Shown: positions 36,701 to 46,712, counted from the stretch's first letter. The stretch is 64,000 nt of DNA from an uncultured bacterium (GCA_963719425.1 OY970382.1:455100-519099), one strand, 5' to 3'. The notes: a model not told the origin generated them from the sequence alone. Made by a program: numbers and translations.

Positions 36701-37744
36701 TTAAAGGTTGATTGACAAGGGTTTCAAGGGATTATCCAAAAGTTCGCGGTGGGCTTCAAAATTGTCCACCATCTGTCCCAGGCCGCGCGCAACGCAGGTC
36801 AGCGGATCCTCCGCGATGTGGACCGGAACGCCGGTCTCTTTTTCCAAAAGCTCTCCAAGCCCCCGGAGGAGTGCGCCTCCGCCGCAAAGCGTGATACCCT
36901 GCTGAAGGATGTCCCCCGCAAGCTCCGGCGGCGTTTCCTCAATCACCTCCCGCACCGCCTCCACCACAGTGTGGATGGATTTTGCAAGCGCCACACGCAC
37001 ATGATTGTTTTTCAAACTGATCTCGCGCGGCAAACCGCTCGTGATATCGCGGCCGCGAATCGGCACTTCTAACCGCTCGTCCATCGGCACGGCTGACCCC
37101 ACCGCGATCTTTGCGAACTCCGCCGTCGGCTCGCCGATCGCCAAGTGAAACTCGTCGCGCACGAAATGCATGATGTCTTCGTTAAACCGATCGCCCGCCA
37201 ACTTGAGCGTCCGCGCGACCACGGTGCCTCCCATGGAAATGACCGCGACATCAGTCGTGCCGCCGCCGACGTCCACGATCAGGCTCGCAACGGGAGCCAT
37301 GATGGACAAGCCCGCGCCGAGTGCCGCCGCCGTGGGCGATTCCACAAGATACACTTTTGAACACCCGGCATTGAGCGCCGCATCCTCCACCGATTTCCGT
37401 TCCACTTCCGTCAAATTGTTCGGGATCGAGAGGATCGCCCGCCGGTACGATGTGATCGGACTCGCCTCGCGCCTCCGCAAGAAATGCCGCAGCATCTCTT
37501 CCGTCATTTCAAAATCGGAGATCACGCCGTTCACGAGCGGCCGCACCACATTGATGTGCGCAGGCGTCCGGCCGAGCATCTTCTTTGCTTCGTCGCCCAC
37601 CGCGAGAATATGGCTCGTCTTTGTATTCACCGCCGCGACCGATGGCTCGTTCACTACGATGCCCTTTCCCTTTAGATAGATAAGGGTATTAGCCGTCCCG
37701 AGGTCAACGCCGATGTCTTTGAAAATGTTATTGAAAAAAGCCAT
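36701..37744 (-). CDS. mreB: Rod shape-determining protein MreB
   Basis: DLGTANT; DVGGGTT; GGGALL. Confidence 0.96.
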   Translation of the reverse strand: MAFFNNIFKDIGVDLGTANTLIYLKGKGIVVNEPSVAAVNTKTSHILAVGDEAKKMLGRTPAHINVVRPLVNGVISDFEMTEEMLRHFLRRREASPITSYRRAILSIPNNLTEVERKSVEDAALNAGCSKVYLVESPTAAALGAGLSIMAPVASLIVDVGGGTTDVAVISMGGTVVARTLKLAGDRFNEDIMHFVRDEFHLAIGEPTAEFAKIAVGSAVPMDERLEVPIRGRDITSGLPREISLKNNHVRVALAKSIHTVVEAVREVIEETPPELAGDILQQGITLCGGGALLRGLGELLEKETGVPVHIAEDPLTCVARGLGQMVDNFEAHRELLDNPLKPLSINL

Positions 37745-37755
37745 TGTTCCTGTTT

Positions 37756-39000
37756 TTAGTTTCCAGTTTCAGATAATTTCTTCGTCACTTCTTTGATATC
37801 CATAATCTTTGTGCTATCTCCGCCGCGCTGCTTGACCTCAATTTTTGTGCCGAGCTTGGGACTCACGACCAGGCGCCACGGGATGCCGACGAGGTCTGCT
37901 TCCGCGAACTTTTCTCCCGCGGAAAGGTTCCTGTCGTCATAAAGTACTTCAATTTTTTCCTTCTGTAAAGCGCGGTACGCCTCATCGCCACGAGCACCGT
38001 TCAAGGCAAGGAGATGCGCGCGGAACGGAGCCACATTTGCGGGCCAGACAATGCCATTTTTGTCGCTCATAACCTCCACAATCGCAGCCATCACACGACC
38101 AAGCCCGATGCCGTATGACCCCATCACCACGTACTTTTTTTCCCCTTTTTCGTCAGCAAATTGAAGGTTGAACGCCTCGGAATATTTCGTGCCGAGCGGA
38201 AAAATATTGCCGACCTCAATCGCCTTCTCTTCGCTTATGCCGGCGCCGCACCTCGGACATTTACCGTGAGCGTTGAGTTTTGAAATCTCCTTGTTCTCCG
38301 CATACTCGCATTTTTTGCAGAGATAAATCGTGTCTTCGCCGACGGCCGCGACCACCTGGAACTCGTGCGTGTTCGTAGCAGTGAACTCGCCGCCGGCGGC
38401 GAGCGTGTAATACGCCTTCAAACCGCACCGCGCAAAGATCTTTTGATACGCTGTTGCCACGCGGTCGTAATACTTGAAGAGGTCCTCCTCCGATGTATGG
38501 AAACTGTAGAGGTCCTTCATCAAAAACTCGCGGCTCCGCAAAAGCCCCGACTTCGCGCGCGGCTCGTTCCTAAACTTCGTTTGGATCTGGTACGCCGCGA
38601 ACGGAAGATCTTTATAGGAACTGATGTACTTCGTGCCGATCTCCGCCATGATCTCCTCGTGTGTCCAGCTGATGTTGAATCCAGGCTCTTTTTCGCCGGC
38701 ATCCTTTCCACCCGAGACCACTTTGAATACCACGCCGACGTCCCAGCGTTTCGTCGCCTTCAAATAACGCTTGTCGTGCAGCGCCGCCATAAAGAGTTCC
38801 TGGCCGCCGATCGCGTTCATCTCCTCGCGGATGATCCCCGCAATCTTCTGGATCACTCTCCAGCCAAGCGGCAGGAATGAGTACACGCCCGCAGAATTTT
38901 TATAAATAAACCCGCCGCGCGTGAGGAGCTCGGCGTTCAGTGCCGTCTCATCCTTCGGCGCAGCCCGCGATACCTTCGTGAAAAGCTCCGACTGGCGCAT
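37756..39000 (-). CDS. proS: Proline--tRNA ligase (short form without editing domain)
   Basis: QTKFRNEPR..SGLLR.REF.MKD.YSF; MGSYGIG. Confidence 0.95.
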   Translation of the reverse strand: MRQSELFTKVSRAAPKDETALNAELLTRGGFIYKNSAGVYSFLPLGWRVIQKIAGIIREEMNAIGGQELFMAALHDKRYLKATKRWDVGVVFKVVSGGKDAGEKEPGFNISWTHEEIMAEIGTKYISSYKDLPFAAYQIQTKFRNEPRAKSGLLRSREFLMKDLYSFHTSEEDLFKYYDRVATAYQKIFARCGLKAYYTLAAGGEFTATNTHEFQVVAAVGEDTIYLCKKCEYAENKEISKLNAHGKCPRCGAGISEEKAIEVGNIFPLGTKYSEAFNLQFADEKGEKKYVVMGSYGIGLGRVMAAIVEVMSDKNGIVWPANVAPFRAHLLALNGARGDEAYRALQKEKIEVLYDDRNLSAGEKFAEADLVGIPWRLVVSPKLGTKIEVKQRGGDSTKIMDIKEVTKKLSETGN

Positions 39001-39041
39001 TACCCATAGATTATCACCGAACCTTCCGGTTGGCAAAATAA

Positions 39042-39191
39042 TCAGCCCTTTTCTGCTTTTTCTCTAAAGTTGGTTTTATCAATGCTATGTTTTTCCATAA
39101 TTATCGCAATCCGGCTCTTAGAATCTTCAATAGCCGCCTCGACGATTTGCCGGAGATCAGCCCTCAATTCTTCTCTTTCCGATTGTTCCAT
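39042..39191 (-). CDS. Possible small protein (49 aa)
   Basis: Hand-read ORF MEQSEREELRADLRQIVEAAIED...; below the ORF-track cutoff. Confidence 0.3.
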   Translation of the reverse strand: MEQSEREELRADLRQIVEAAIEDSKSRIAIIMEKHSIDKTNFREKAEKG

Positions 39192-39292
39192 TACGACCAA
39201 CATAGCATACGGGTGATTAAAATTATATAAAAAAATTGTTAAATTTTCCTTAAAAACTATTTGACTTTTGAAACGCTCTCTCTATCCTGAAA

Positions 39293-39627
39293 GTAGGTTC
39301 CTGCCTCAGGAATAAGAAGTAATTCTTACTCTTAGATTTCGACCCTACCGGGGCGACACGTTCATTTCTTATTTGTCGACGAATAAGAAATGAATCAGGA
39401 ACGTGTCGCCTATCCAACGGTTGAGGCCACCACCCTACCCCGCCCGATCGTCTTTTTTCCGCGGGGAGGGTAAACTACATAAGAACCAAGCTCCAAGCAT
39501 CTGCCCCTGAAGGTCAGAAAGCCGCCGTGCACTGCGGGCGCCAATCGAAAGGTTGATGGTCAATGGGAGGATCGCTCATCCGAGCGTGGCGTCTCCCCAG
39601 AGGCAGATTCTTGGAGCTTTTTCTTTT
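39293..39627 (+). ncRNA. Candidate structured non-coding RNA
   Basis: TTGACT-16-TATCCT at 39261-39288; long hairpin 39352-39410; closing stem AAGCTCCAAGCATCTGCC/GGCAGATTCTTGGAGCTT followed by a T tract; no long ORF. Confidence 0.5.
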
Positions 39628-39742
39628 GGAGCGCTTTGATATCTCTTGGACTGCGCGAAAACGCCGTTATTATTTCCCTCAATGATACTATGCTGTGATC
39701 TACCCAATGAATCAAAAACAGTTGTGATACAATCATCCTATT

Positions 39743-40225
39743 ATGAGACAGACAGCAAAAATATTAACGTTTCTGGGCTTATTGGGATTTCCGCTTTTAA
39801 CTTTTGCCGATCTGATAACCCCGTCCCCGGCCGAAACGATCGGTTCAATTCTTATATTTTTTGTTATAAACCTAGTTGTTAATTCAGTAATTATTTTTGC
39901 ACTTATTTCTCGCGACCGATTTAAAAAGTTGTTTCGCGGACCTTCTCTCTTAAAGATCCTGCTCGTAACCGCCCTGGGTCTTGTCGCTGACTTTATCGGA
40001 ATTCTTTGCGTGTCACTACTCTATACCTCTGATTTTACTCTTGGCCCTCTTTTAATTTTGGGTTTCATTATATGGATTTTAGTCGCTCTGAATTTCTATT
40101 TGATTTATTCCAGAGAGATATCCGACCAGAAAAAAACAAGGATAATAAAAGCAATCGTCTTCGGATTTATCAGCAATCCTTTTTGGCTAAGCTTGCCAGC
40201 CTATCTGGCTTCTATAAGACGCTAG
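39743..40225 (+). CDS. Hypothetical multi-pass membrane protein
   Basis: 160 aa, about five hydrophobic segments, AT-rich. Confidence 0.7.
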   Translation: MRQTAKILTFLGLLGFPLLTFADLITPSPAETIGSILIFFVINLVVNSVIIFALISRDRFKKLFRGPSLLKILLVTALGLVADFIGILCVSLLYTSDFTLGPLLILGFIIWILVALNFYLIYSREISDQKKTRIIKAIVFGFISNPFWLSLPAYLASIRR

Positions 40226-40254
40226 CGAGAGAGCTTTTTCGTATTCATAAAAAG

Positions 40255-40281
40255 GTGCACGGGCCTGGACGATTTTCGAAC
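40255..40281 (-). repeat. 27-bp cassette-end site
   Basis: Reverse complement GTTCGAAAATCGTCCAGGCCCGTGCAC. Confidence 0.85.
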
Positions 40282-40554
40282 TCACCTCTTGGCGATGCGA
40301 GCACAATAAAAAAAGCCCTTCTTGAGGGTCATTAAGGTTTCTTGTGGGGAGGGAGACACGATCTTTCATTTCCTCCCTCCCCAAAGACTTACCATCGGCG
40401 GTGATCAGTCGGAGTTCAGGGCCACGTCACTTCGCTTCATTCCCGTACGGCCGTTGTGCTTCTTCATGAGACACCTCGGTTTGTCATTTTGACGTCGGCA
40501 CTATCTTCCCCGTGCCACTTAATACAATAATGTCATTCTAAACCGCCGTTAAAT

Positions 40555-40581
40555 GTGCACGGGTCTGGACGATTTTCGAAC
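40555..40581 (-). repeat. 27-bp cassette-end site
   Basis: Identical to 5366-5392. Confidence 0.85.
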
Positions 40582-40677
40582 ACTTCTCTCCAAGCCTCAA
40601 TTCGCAATGAGTTTGTGAATTTAGGCTTGAAAGGCAGGAGTGCAGACGAGGTGTCCGAACCCCTGCCTTCCGTGGTT

Positions 40678-40917
40678 TTACTGCGAGGGCCGGAGGGAGA
40701 GGCCCAACTTGGCAAGTCCCCCCTCAAGGTCGGCCAGCATTCCCTTTGTCATCCGCCGCGCTTGCGGGGTGTCTCGCTGCAACTCATCCCTCGTGAGCTT
40801 AACAACGTCCCCAATGGTCACGATGTTCCGGGCCCGGAGGTTGTTGTAAGTGTTGACGTTGAGATCAGCGAGTTCCTCGATGGCTTGATCGAGGATTTCT
40901 TGTTTTGATGCTTGCAT
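40678..40917 (-). CDS. Stand-alone RNAP alpha-CTD-like protein, copy 2
   Basis: Identical protein to 5030-5269. Confidence 0.8.
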   Translation of the reverse strand: MQASKQEILDQAIEELADLNVNTYNNLRARNIVTIGDVVKLTRDELQRDTPQARRMTKGMLADLEGGLAKLGLSLRPSQ

Positions 40918-41000
40918 TGCCTTAACCTCGTTTCTGTGGATCGTCCCACGCCTCTCATCTGTAGAATATTGTATCACTATCGAATGACGATGTAAAGACC

Positions 41001-41027
41001 CTGCACTGGCCTGGACGATCTTCGAAC
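41001..41027 (-). repeat. 27-bp cassette-end site
   Basis: Reverse complement GTTCGAAGATCGTCCAGGCCAGTGCAG. Confidence 0.85.
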
Positions 41028-41122
41028 AATTCTGGCTTTCAGCCGAAAACGGGCCTGTTTTGCTAGCAGCTTGACGTAAATCATTTTAAATCCTAGAATG
41101 CACCCAGAAACGGAGGTTTTGT

Positions 41123-41539
41123 ATGCTGAGCGGAGAATGGGACAGACTAAAAACACTGGAAGAAAGACGGCGCTTTCGGATTAGGGAGCAAGCGTACTTT
41201 CTCTCCACCCACCGAGAGAAGGAAGGTCGACCCCCCGACCCCGAGAGAGACTGGCTGAACGCCGAGTGGATTGAAGATAATCTGGAAACCTATTGCGGAC
41301 TGGAGCGAGACGTGAACTGGGCCATGAGCCGCGTGGGCGGGGGAGACAGGAGCTGGATGACTCCTTTTTCCTGTTTGCGTGCGCACGGAGAGACACAAGA
41401 GCAGCTCTCGGCCGCACTGGCCGTTGTAGTAACCGTGTTCACCTCGAAGCTTGATGTCGCAAGGGCTGTCAGTCAATCAAATACCTTCGCGGGGCTCATG
41501 GAGGAACTTGTCACGCAAATCCGTTGCAATTCACACTAG
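41123..41539 (+). CDS. DUF2934-like protein (cassette cargo)
   Basis: IREQAYFL...G...P..DWL.AE; promoter TTGACG...TAGAAT, GGAGG RBS and terminator at 41552-41603 all lie inside the cassette. Confidence 0.65.
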   Translation: MLSGEWDRLKTLEERRRFRIREQAYFLSTHREKEGRPPDPERDWLNAEWIEDNLETYCGLERDVNWAMSRVGGGDRSWMTPFSCLRAHGETQEQLSAALAVVVTVFTSKLDVARAVSQSNTFAGLMEELVTQIRCNSH

Positions 41540-41604
41540 GTTCGTTGATCGCCCCGCGACAATGCGAAAATCCCGCATTTGCTATCGCGGGGTTTTCGTT
41601 TTTC

Positions 41605-41626
41605 GTGCACAGGACAGGATTCGAAC
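41605..41626 (-). other. 22-bp primary site GTTCGAATCCTGTCCTGTGCAC of cassette array B
   Basis: Matches 4925-4946; flanking sequences unrelated. Confidence 0.75.
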
Positions 41627-41692
41627 AAAAGAAAAAGGCTGGCGCGTGATATTGGTTTTCCTGAGCATCCCAGGAAGATAACCAAGGTCGAA

Positions 41693-41808
41693 TAAAAGAC
41701 CCACATTTGGTTTTGAGGGGCATCTCGGAGCCGCGAAGGCGGCAAGAGCGAGGCGCGCTCCGAGCACGGAGCGACGCCGTCCCCGAAAGACCAAATGTGG
41801 GTCTTTTA
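41693..41808 (+). repeat. Branched palindromic element E4 abutting the fusA stop codon
   Basis: TAAAAGACCCACATTTGGT/ACCAAATGTGGGTCTTTTA arms; inner TCTCGGAG and GCGAAG. Confidence 0.7.
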
Positions 41809-43913
41809 GCGTTTCTTCCCTTCTATAATCAGCTGCGCGATGTTCGCGGGCGTCGGCTCATAGTGGTCAAATTCCATAGTGAACGAACCGCGCCCCTGCG
41901 ACATTGAACGGAGCTCCGTCGCGTAGCCGAACATTTCGGAAAGCGGGACTTTCGCGTCAATCACTTTCAATCCCGGCCGGTCGCCGAGCGCTTCAATCCG
42001 ACCGCGCTTCGAATTCAGTTGTCCCGTCACCTCACCCAAAAAGTCCGGCGGCACGAGCACCTGCAATTTCATGATCGGTTCCAAAATGACAGGCTTTGCG
42101 CGCTTCGCGGCTTCCTGAAACGCGATGGAACCCGCAATCTTGAACGCCGCTTCTGAAGAGTCCACTTCGTGGAACGAACCGTCATACAACGTGACCTCAA
42201 CGTCCGTCACCGGATAGTGCGCGAGAATGCCTTTGTCCAACGCCTCCTTGACGCCCTTCTCGGTCGCCGGGATGAATTCCTGCGGGATCACGCCTCCTTT
42301 AATTTCGTCCAGGAACACAAATCCCGTTCCGCGCTGAAGCGCTTTCACGCGCAGCCAGACATGGCCGTACTGACCGCGGCCGCCGGATTGGCGGATATAT
42401 TTCCCTTCTGCTTCCGCCTCGCCCATGATCGTCTCCTTGTACGCCACCTGCGGCCGGCCGACGTTCGCTTCCACGCCGAACTCGCGCTTCATGCGGTCTA
42501 CAATGATTTCCAAGTGCAGCTCGCCCATGCCGGAGATAATCGTCTCGCCCGGTATCCGGATCCCCCGCCACGCGGAAGGTCGGGTCCTCCTCGGCGAGCC
42601 GGTGCAGGGCCGTGCCCATCTTTTCCTGGTCAGCTTTCGTTTTCGGTTCAATGCGAATACCAATCACGGGTTCGGGGAAGGTGATCCTCTCAAGCACAAT
42701 CGGCGAATCGGGATCGCAAAGCGTATCCCCCGTCGTCGTATTTTTCAGGCCGACAATCGCCGCGATCTCGCCTGCATAGACCTCTTCCACTTCTTCGCGA
42801 TCGTTCGCGTGCATGCGAACCACGCGCCCGATGCGCTCCTGATTGTCCTTAGTCGAATTTAAAACATACGAACCGCGCTTCAAAACGCCGGAATAATTCC
42901 GGAAATACGCGAGCGTGCCGACGTACGGGATCGGTCGCGATCTTAAACGCAAGCGCCGAGAACGGTTCATCGTCCTTCGCCTGGCGCGTGATTTCCGCGC
43001 CTGTTTTCGGATCGTGACCTTTGACCGGCGGCAGGTCCGTCGGCGCCGGCAGATACTCCACAACAGCATCCAGCATGAACTGCACGCCTTTGTTCTTCAA
43101 GGCCGAGCCGCAGAAGACCGGCACGATTTTGTTCGCGATGACTGCCTTGCGCAGCACGCGGCGAAGATCCTCAACGCCGATCTCCTTTCCGTCCAAATAT
43201 GCCGCCATCGCGTGGTCGTCATTCTCCGCGATCTTTTCAATTAATTCGTGGCGGCGCTTCGCAATGTCTGCCTTCATCTCGTCCGGGATCGGAATCTCTA
43301 CGATTTTTTCGCCATGCTCGCCTTCAGACCCGAACGCCTTGTTCAAAAGCAGGTCCACAATACCCTTGAAATTCGCCTCAAGACCGATCGGCAGCTGCAC
43401 CGGGATCGCGTGCGGCGTGAGCCGGTCAAGGATTGATTGAAAACTCCCCGTAAAGTTCGCGCCCATGCGATCAAGTTTGTTGATGAAACAGATGCGCGGC
43501 ACGTTGTATTCGTCCGCATAGCGCCAGTTCGTCTCCGACTGCGGCTCAACGCCCGCGACGCCGTCAAACACGACGACCGCGCCGTCCAAAACGCGGAGCG
43601 ACCGCTTCACTTCCACCGTGAAGTCAATGTGCCCCGGCGTGTCAATCAGATTGATGCGATGCTCGAACTTTTTGTCGTGGTTGCGGTAGGTCGGCGTCCA
43701 GAACGCGGTCGTCGCGGCCGAGGTGATCGTGATGCCGCGCTCGCGCTCCTGCTCCATCCAATCCATGATCGTGTCGCCCGTGTGCACCTCGCCGATCTTG
43801 TGCGAAACGCCAGTATAAAAAAGCACCCGCTCGGAGACGGTCGTTTTACCGGCATCAATGTGCGCGATGATTCCAATATTCCTTACCTTTTCTATCGGGT
43901 ACTGCCTAGGCAT
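41806..43913 (-). CDS. fusA: Elongation factor G (two +1 indels near 42928 and 42550, likely sequencing errors)
   Basis: [18 protein letters not shown] in the first ORF; later domains in two following frames; 2108 bp minus 2 = 702 codons. Confidence 0.95.
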
Positions 43914-43928
43914 ACAATTCGGTACGGA

Positions 43929-44396
43929 TTATCTTGCGAAGTGCGCGAAGGCGCGGTTCGCCTCGGCCATGCGGTGCGTGTCCAGTTTCTTTTTGATCGC
44001 GGCACCTTCGTTCTTTGCGGCGGCCATCAATTCTTCAGCAAGCTTGTCCGCCATCGGCTTCCCTTTTTTCGCGCGCGCCGCACCAATGATCCAGCGGACC
44101 GCGAGAATGAAGCGCCGCTCTGGGCGCACCTCGCGCGGCACCTGATAGTTCGCGCCGCCGACGCGCCGCGACGCCACCTCCAGCATCGGCGATGCATTCT
44201 CTATCGCTTTCTCGAACACTTTGACGGGATCTTCTTTCATCGCCGCTTTCACTTTTTCCAAAGCGCCATACACCACTTTTTCCGCCACGGACTTCTTCCC
44301 GTCCTTCATCACATAATTGATAAACCGGCCGAGTTCAACGCGGCCGTGCACGGCATCCGGCTTATGATATTTTTTATATACGCGCTTTTTTCTCAT
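43929..44396 (-). CDS. rpsG: 30S ribosomal protein S7
   Basis: RRVGGANYQVP; HRMAEANRAFAH. Confidence 0.98.
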   Translation of the reverse strand: MRKKRVYKKYHKPDAVHGRVELGRFINYVMKDGKKSVAEKVVYGALEKVKAAMKEDPVKVFEKAIENASPMLEVASRRVGGANYQVPREVRPERRFILAVRWIIGAARAKKGKPMADKLAEELMAAAKNEGAAIKKKLDTHRMAEANRAFAHFAR

Positions 44397-44426
44397 AGGT
44401 TTCCTAGTTACTAGTTACCAGGCCAG

Positions 44427-44840
44427 CTATGGCTTCGGCCGTTTCGTCCCATATTTTGACCTCTGCTGTTTGCGATTTTCCACACCCGTCGTGTCCAGGA
44501 CCCCGCGCACCACGTGGTACCGCACGCCCGGAAGGTCCTTCACGCGCCCGCCGCGTACCATCACGATAGAGTGCTCTTGGAGCGTGTGCCCCTCGCCCGG
44601 GATATACGCCGTGATTTCCATGCCGTTCGTGAGCCGCACGCGCGCCACTTTCCGCAGCGCCGAGTTCGGCTTCTTCGGCGTCGTCGTGAACACCTTCACG
44701 CAAACGCCGCGCTTGAAGGGCGACCCCGAATCCACCGGCCGATTCGTGAGCGAATTAAAGTAGAACGACAAAGCCGGCGCCTTGGTCTTGGACTTCAAGG
44801 GCTGCCTTCCCTTCTTGATCAGTTGCCTGATGGTCGGCAT
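44427..44840 (-). CDS. rpsL: 30S ribosomal protein S12
   Basis: [11 protein letters not shown]; [12 protein letters not shown]. Confidence 0.98.
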   Translation of the reverse strand: MPTIRQLIKKGRQPLKSKTKAPALSFYFNSLTNRPVDSGSPFKRGVCVKVFTTTPKKPNSALRKVARVRLTNGMEITAYIPGEGHTLQEHSIVMVRGGRVKDLPGVRYHVVRGVLDTTGVENRKQQRSKYGTKRPKP

Positions 44841-44850
44841 ACGTTAAGGA

Positions 44851-44879
44851 ATTGTAACGGAGAGAGTACGTGGTGTCAA
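44851..44879 (-). promoter_or_regulatory. rpsL promoter TTGACA-N17-TACAAT
   Basis: Near-consensus, 10 nt upstream of the ATG. Confidence 0.7.
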
Positions 44880-44880
44880 T

Positions 44881-45018
44881 AAAACCAGCCCCACTCGTGC
44901 GAGCAGAGCGGGGCGATACCTATGCCGCGCGGAGTTGAAATCCCGAATGTACCAATGTGAAGTTGTGAGTACACTCGGAGGGAAAACCACTCCGGCGGCG
45001 CTTGTTGTTAGTAAGCAT
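44881..45018 (-). ncRNA. Candidate small RNA (or 32-aa peptide gene) with own promoter and terminator
   Basis: TTGACG-17-TAGTTT at 45024-45052; bulged rod GCCGCCGGAGT...ACTCCGCGCGGC; terminator GCCCCGCTC/GAGTGGGGC followed by Ts. Confidence 0.45.
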
Positions 45019-45081
45019 TAATCAAACTACGCCGTCTTCCATTTTTCGTCAAGCGCTATTACAATAAATTGAGTAAAACGA

Positions 45082-45155
45082 GGGCCTGTAGCTTAGTGGC
45101 AGAGCAGCCGGTTTGCATCCGGCAGATAGGGGTTCGATTCCCCTCAGGTCCACCA
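45082..45155 (+). tRNA. tRNA-Ala(TGC)
   Basis: GGGCCTG/CAGGTCC with G3:U70; loop TTTGCAT; CCA. Confidence 0.96.
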
Positions 45156-46649
45156 AAGTTTATTCAGCTCAAAAATATTTTGGACGCTTCGCGTCTTCTC
45201 GTGCGTTTCGGCCAGAGAGGAAAAGGGTTTTTTGAAATCCACCACGAGCGTTCCCGAGGCAAGGCGGCGGTTCGAGCCGATGGCGGCAAGAAAATCCTTC
45301 ATAGGTATCGGATTTTCTTGGTTCATCAGATTTATGGCTTGGTTGGCCTCGATTATCCAGTTGCGGAATAGTCCGAGCCAACGATTTCCTTTTCGCTCAA
45401 AATCGCCCAGTTGCTCGTCGAGCGTCTTCTTTTCGGAGAGGAGGCGGTTCTTCGTCTCCTGATATTCTGGTAGCTCGAACGAGCCGGAGAGATAGCCGTC
45501 GTTCCAGCGGTCAATCTTCATTTTAACGGCGGCTATCTTGGTACGCAGATTTTGGGCGAAAGCGTCCGACGAGCGGCGGGCTTCGCCCGTTTCCCCGTCC
45601 AGTTTCGATAAATATTTTTCTCGCCACTCGTCGGGCAAAGAAGCTTTTTGGACTAGCTCCTTCACTTGTCCGGCAAGAACTTCCTCCCGCACAAAGCGGG
45701 TTTGCGAACAGACCTGCGTCTTGCTCTTGAAGGTGCAGTGATAGTAATGGTATGTCCTGCCGTTCCGCTTCACCTTCCGTTCGCCAGTGATGGCATAGCC
45801 GCACTCGGAGCAAGTCGCAAACCCGAGAAACGGAAAATTCTTGTCGCTTCGCTTTTTGCGGGGCTTGCCGTTCAAGACAAGTGCCTCCTGTACTTGGTCA
45901 AAAAGCTTCTTGGAAATCATCGGCGTATGCGACCCCTCGTGCACCTCGCCCCGATACCGGAAATGGCCGTAGTAGAACGGGTTGGTTAAAATCTTCTGTA
46001 TGGAGGATAAGGCGAGGGGCTTGCCGTCCCTGCTCGTTAGTCCCACGGAAAACATCTTGTCCCGTATGGCCGTCTTCGTGTACCGACCCGTGGCAAAAGC
46101 TTCAAGACACTCCTTCACTTTATGGAAAGTATTTTTGTCCGGCTCGATGGTACGCAAGCGCGGCTCGTTGAAATACCCGATGGGAGCTTTTGCCGACAGC
46201 TCGCCCCGCCGTATCTTTTGCCGGATGCCCCGCAAGATATTTTCCCGCAGATTGTCGGTGTAATACTTGGCCTGTCCGAACGCGACCGACAACATAAATT
46301 TTCCCTGCGGCGTCGGCTCAAACCAGAAGGTAGGGAACTTCAAAGAAGTTATCTTGCCCGTATCCACGAGATAGATGACCCTGCCGCCGTCCACGCTGTT
46401 ACGAGCAAGTCGGTCGGGGTTCCATGCCAAGATGCCGGAAGCCGCGCCCTGCTCTATCTGGGCTACCATCTCGCCGAACACGGGGCGGCTGGGTTCCTTC
46501 GCGCTCTGACTCTCGGTGTATTCGCGGACGATGAACAGATTATTCTGTTCCGCGAACGCGCGAAGTTCGGCGAGTTGGGCTTCGATGCTCAACACCTGAC
46601 GCTCCTCGTCCTCCGACGACTTCCGGCAATAGATGAAATATTTATTCAT
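45144..46649 (-). CDS. Large serine recombinase (integrase); 3' end runs into tRNA-Ala
   Basis: YCRKSS catalytic Ser; DRLARN; recombinase domain; CSECG...YYHC...C zinc ribbon; coiled coil. Confidence 0.95.
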   Translation of the reverse strand: MNKYFIYCRKSSEDEERQVLSIEAQLAELRAFAEQNNLFIVREYTESQSAKEPSRPVFGEMVAQIEQGAASGILAWNPDRLARNSVDGGRVIYLVDTGKITSLKFPTFWFEPTPQGKFMLSVAFGQAKYYTDNLRENILRGIRQKIRRGELSAKAPIGYFNEPRLRTIEPDKNTFHKVKECLEAFATGRYTKTAIRDKMFSVGLTSRDGKPLALSSIQKILTNPFYYGHFRYRGEVHEGSHTPMISKKLFDQVQEALVLNGKPRKKRSDKNFPFLGFATCSECGYAITGERKVKRNGRTYHYYHCTFKSKTQVCSQTRFVREEVLAGQVKELVQKASLPDEWREKYLSKLDGETGEARRSSDAFAQNLRTKIAAVKMKIDRWNDGYLSGSFELPEYQETKNRLLSEKKTLDEQLGDFERKGNRWLGLFRNWIIEANQAINLMNQENPIPMKDFLAAIGSNRRLASGTLVVDFKKPFSSLAETHEKTRSVQNIFELNKLWWT

Positions 46650-46712
46650 AGTTATAAATCTTCGCCGCCATCGGCTCTTGCGCGGGTGAGCGCAAAACAA
46701 ATTCCATTTGTA

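Noticed and set aside
25090-43913. Frameshifts in rplP, rplB, rplW and fusA (two) as programmed frameshifting or pseudogenes
   Set aside because: Five small indels in essential, otherwise intact genes with no shared slippery motif are best explained as long-read consensus errors. This also means other single-base claims here need read support.
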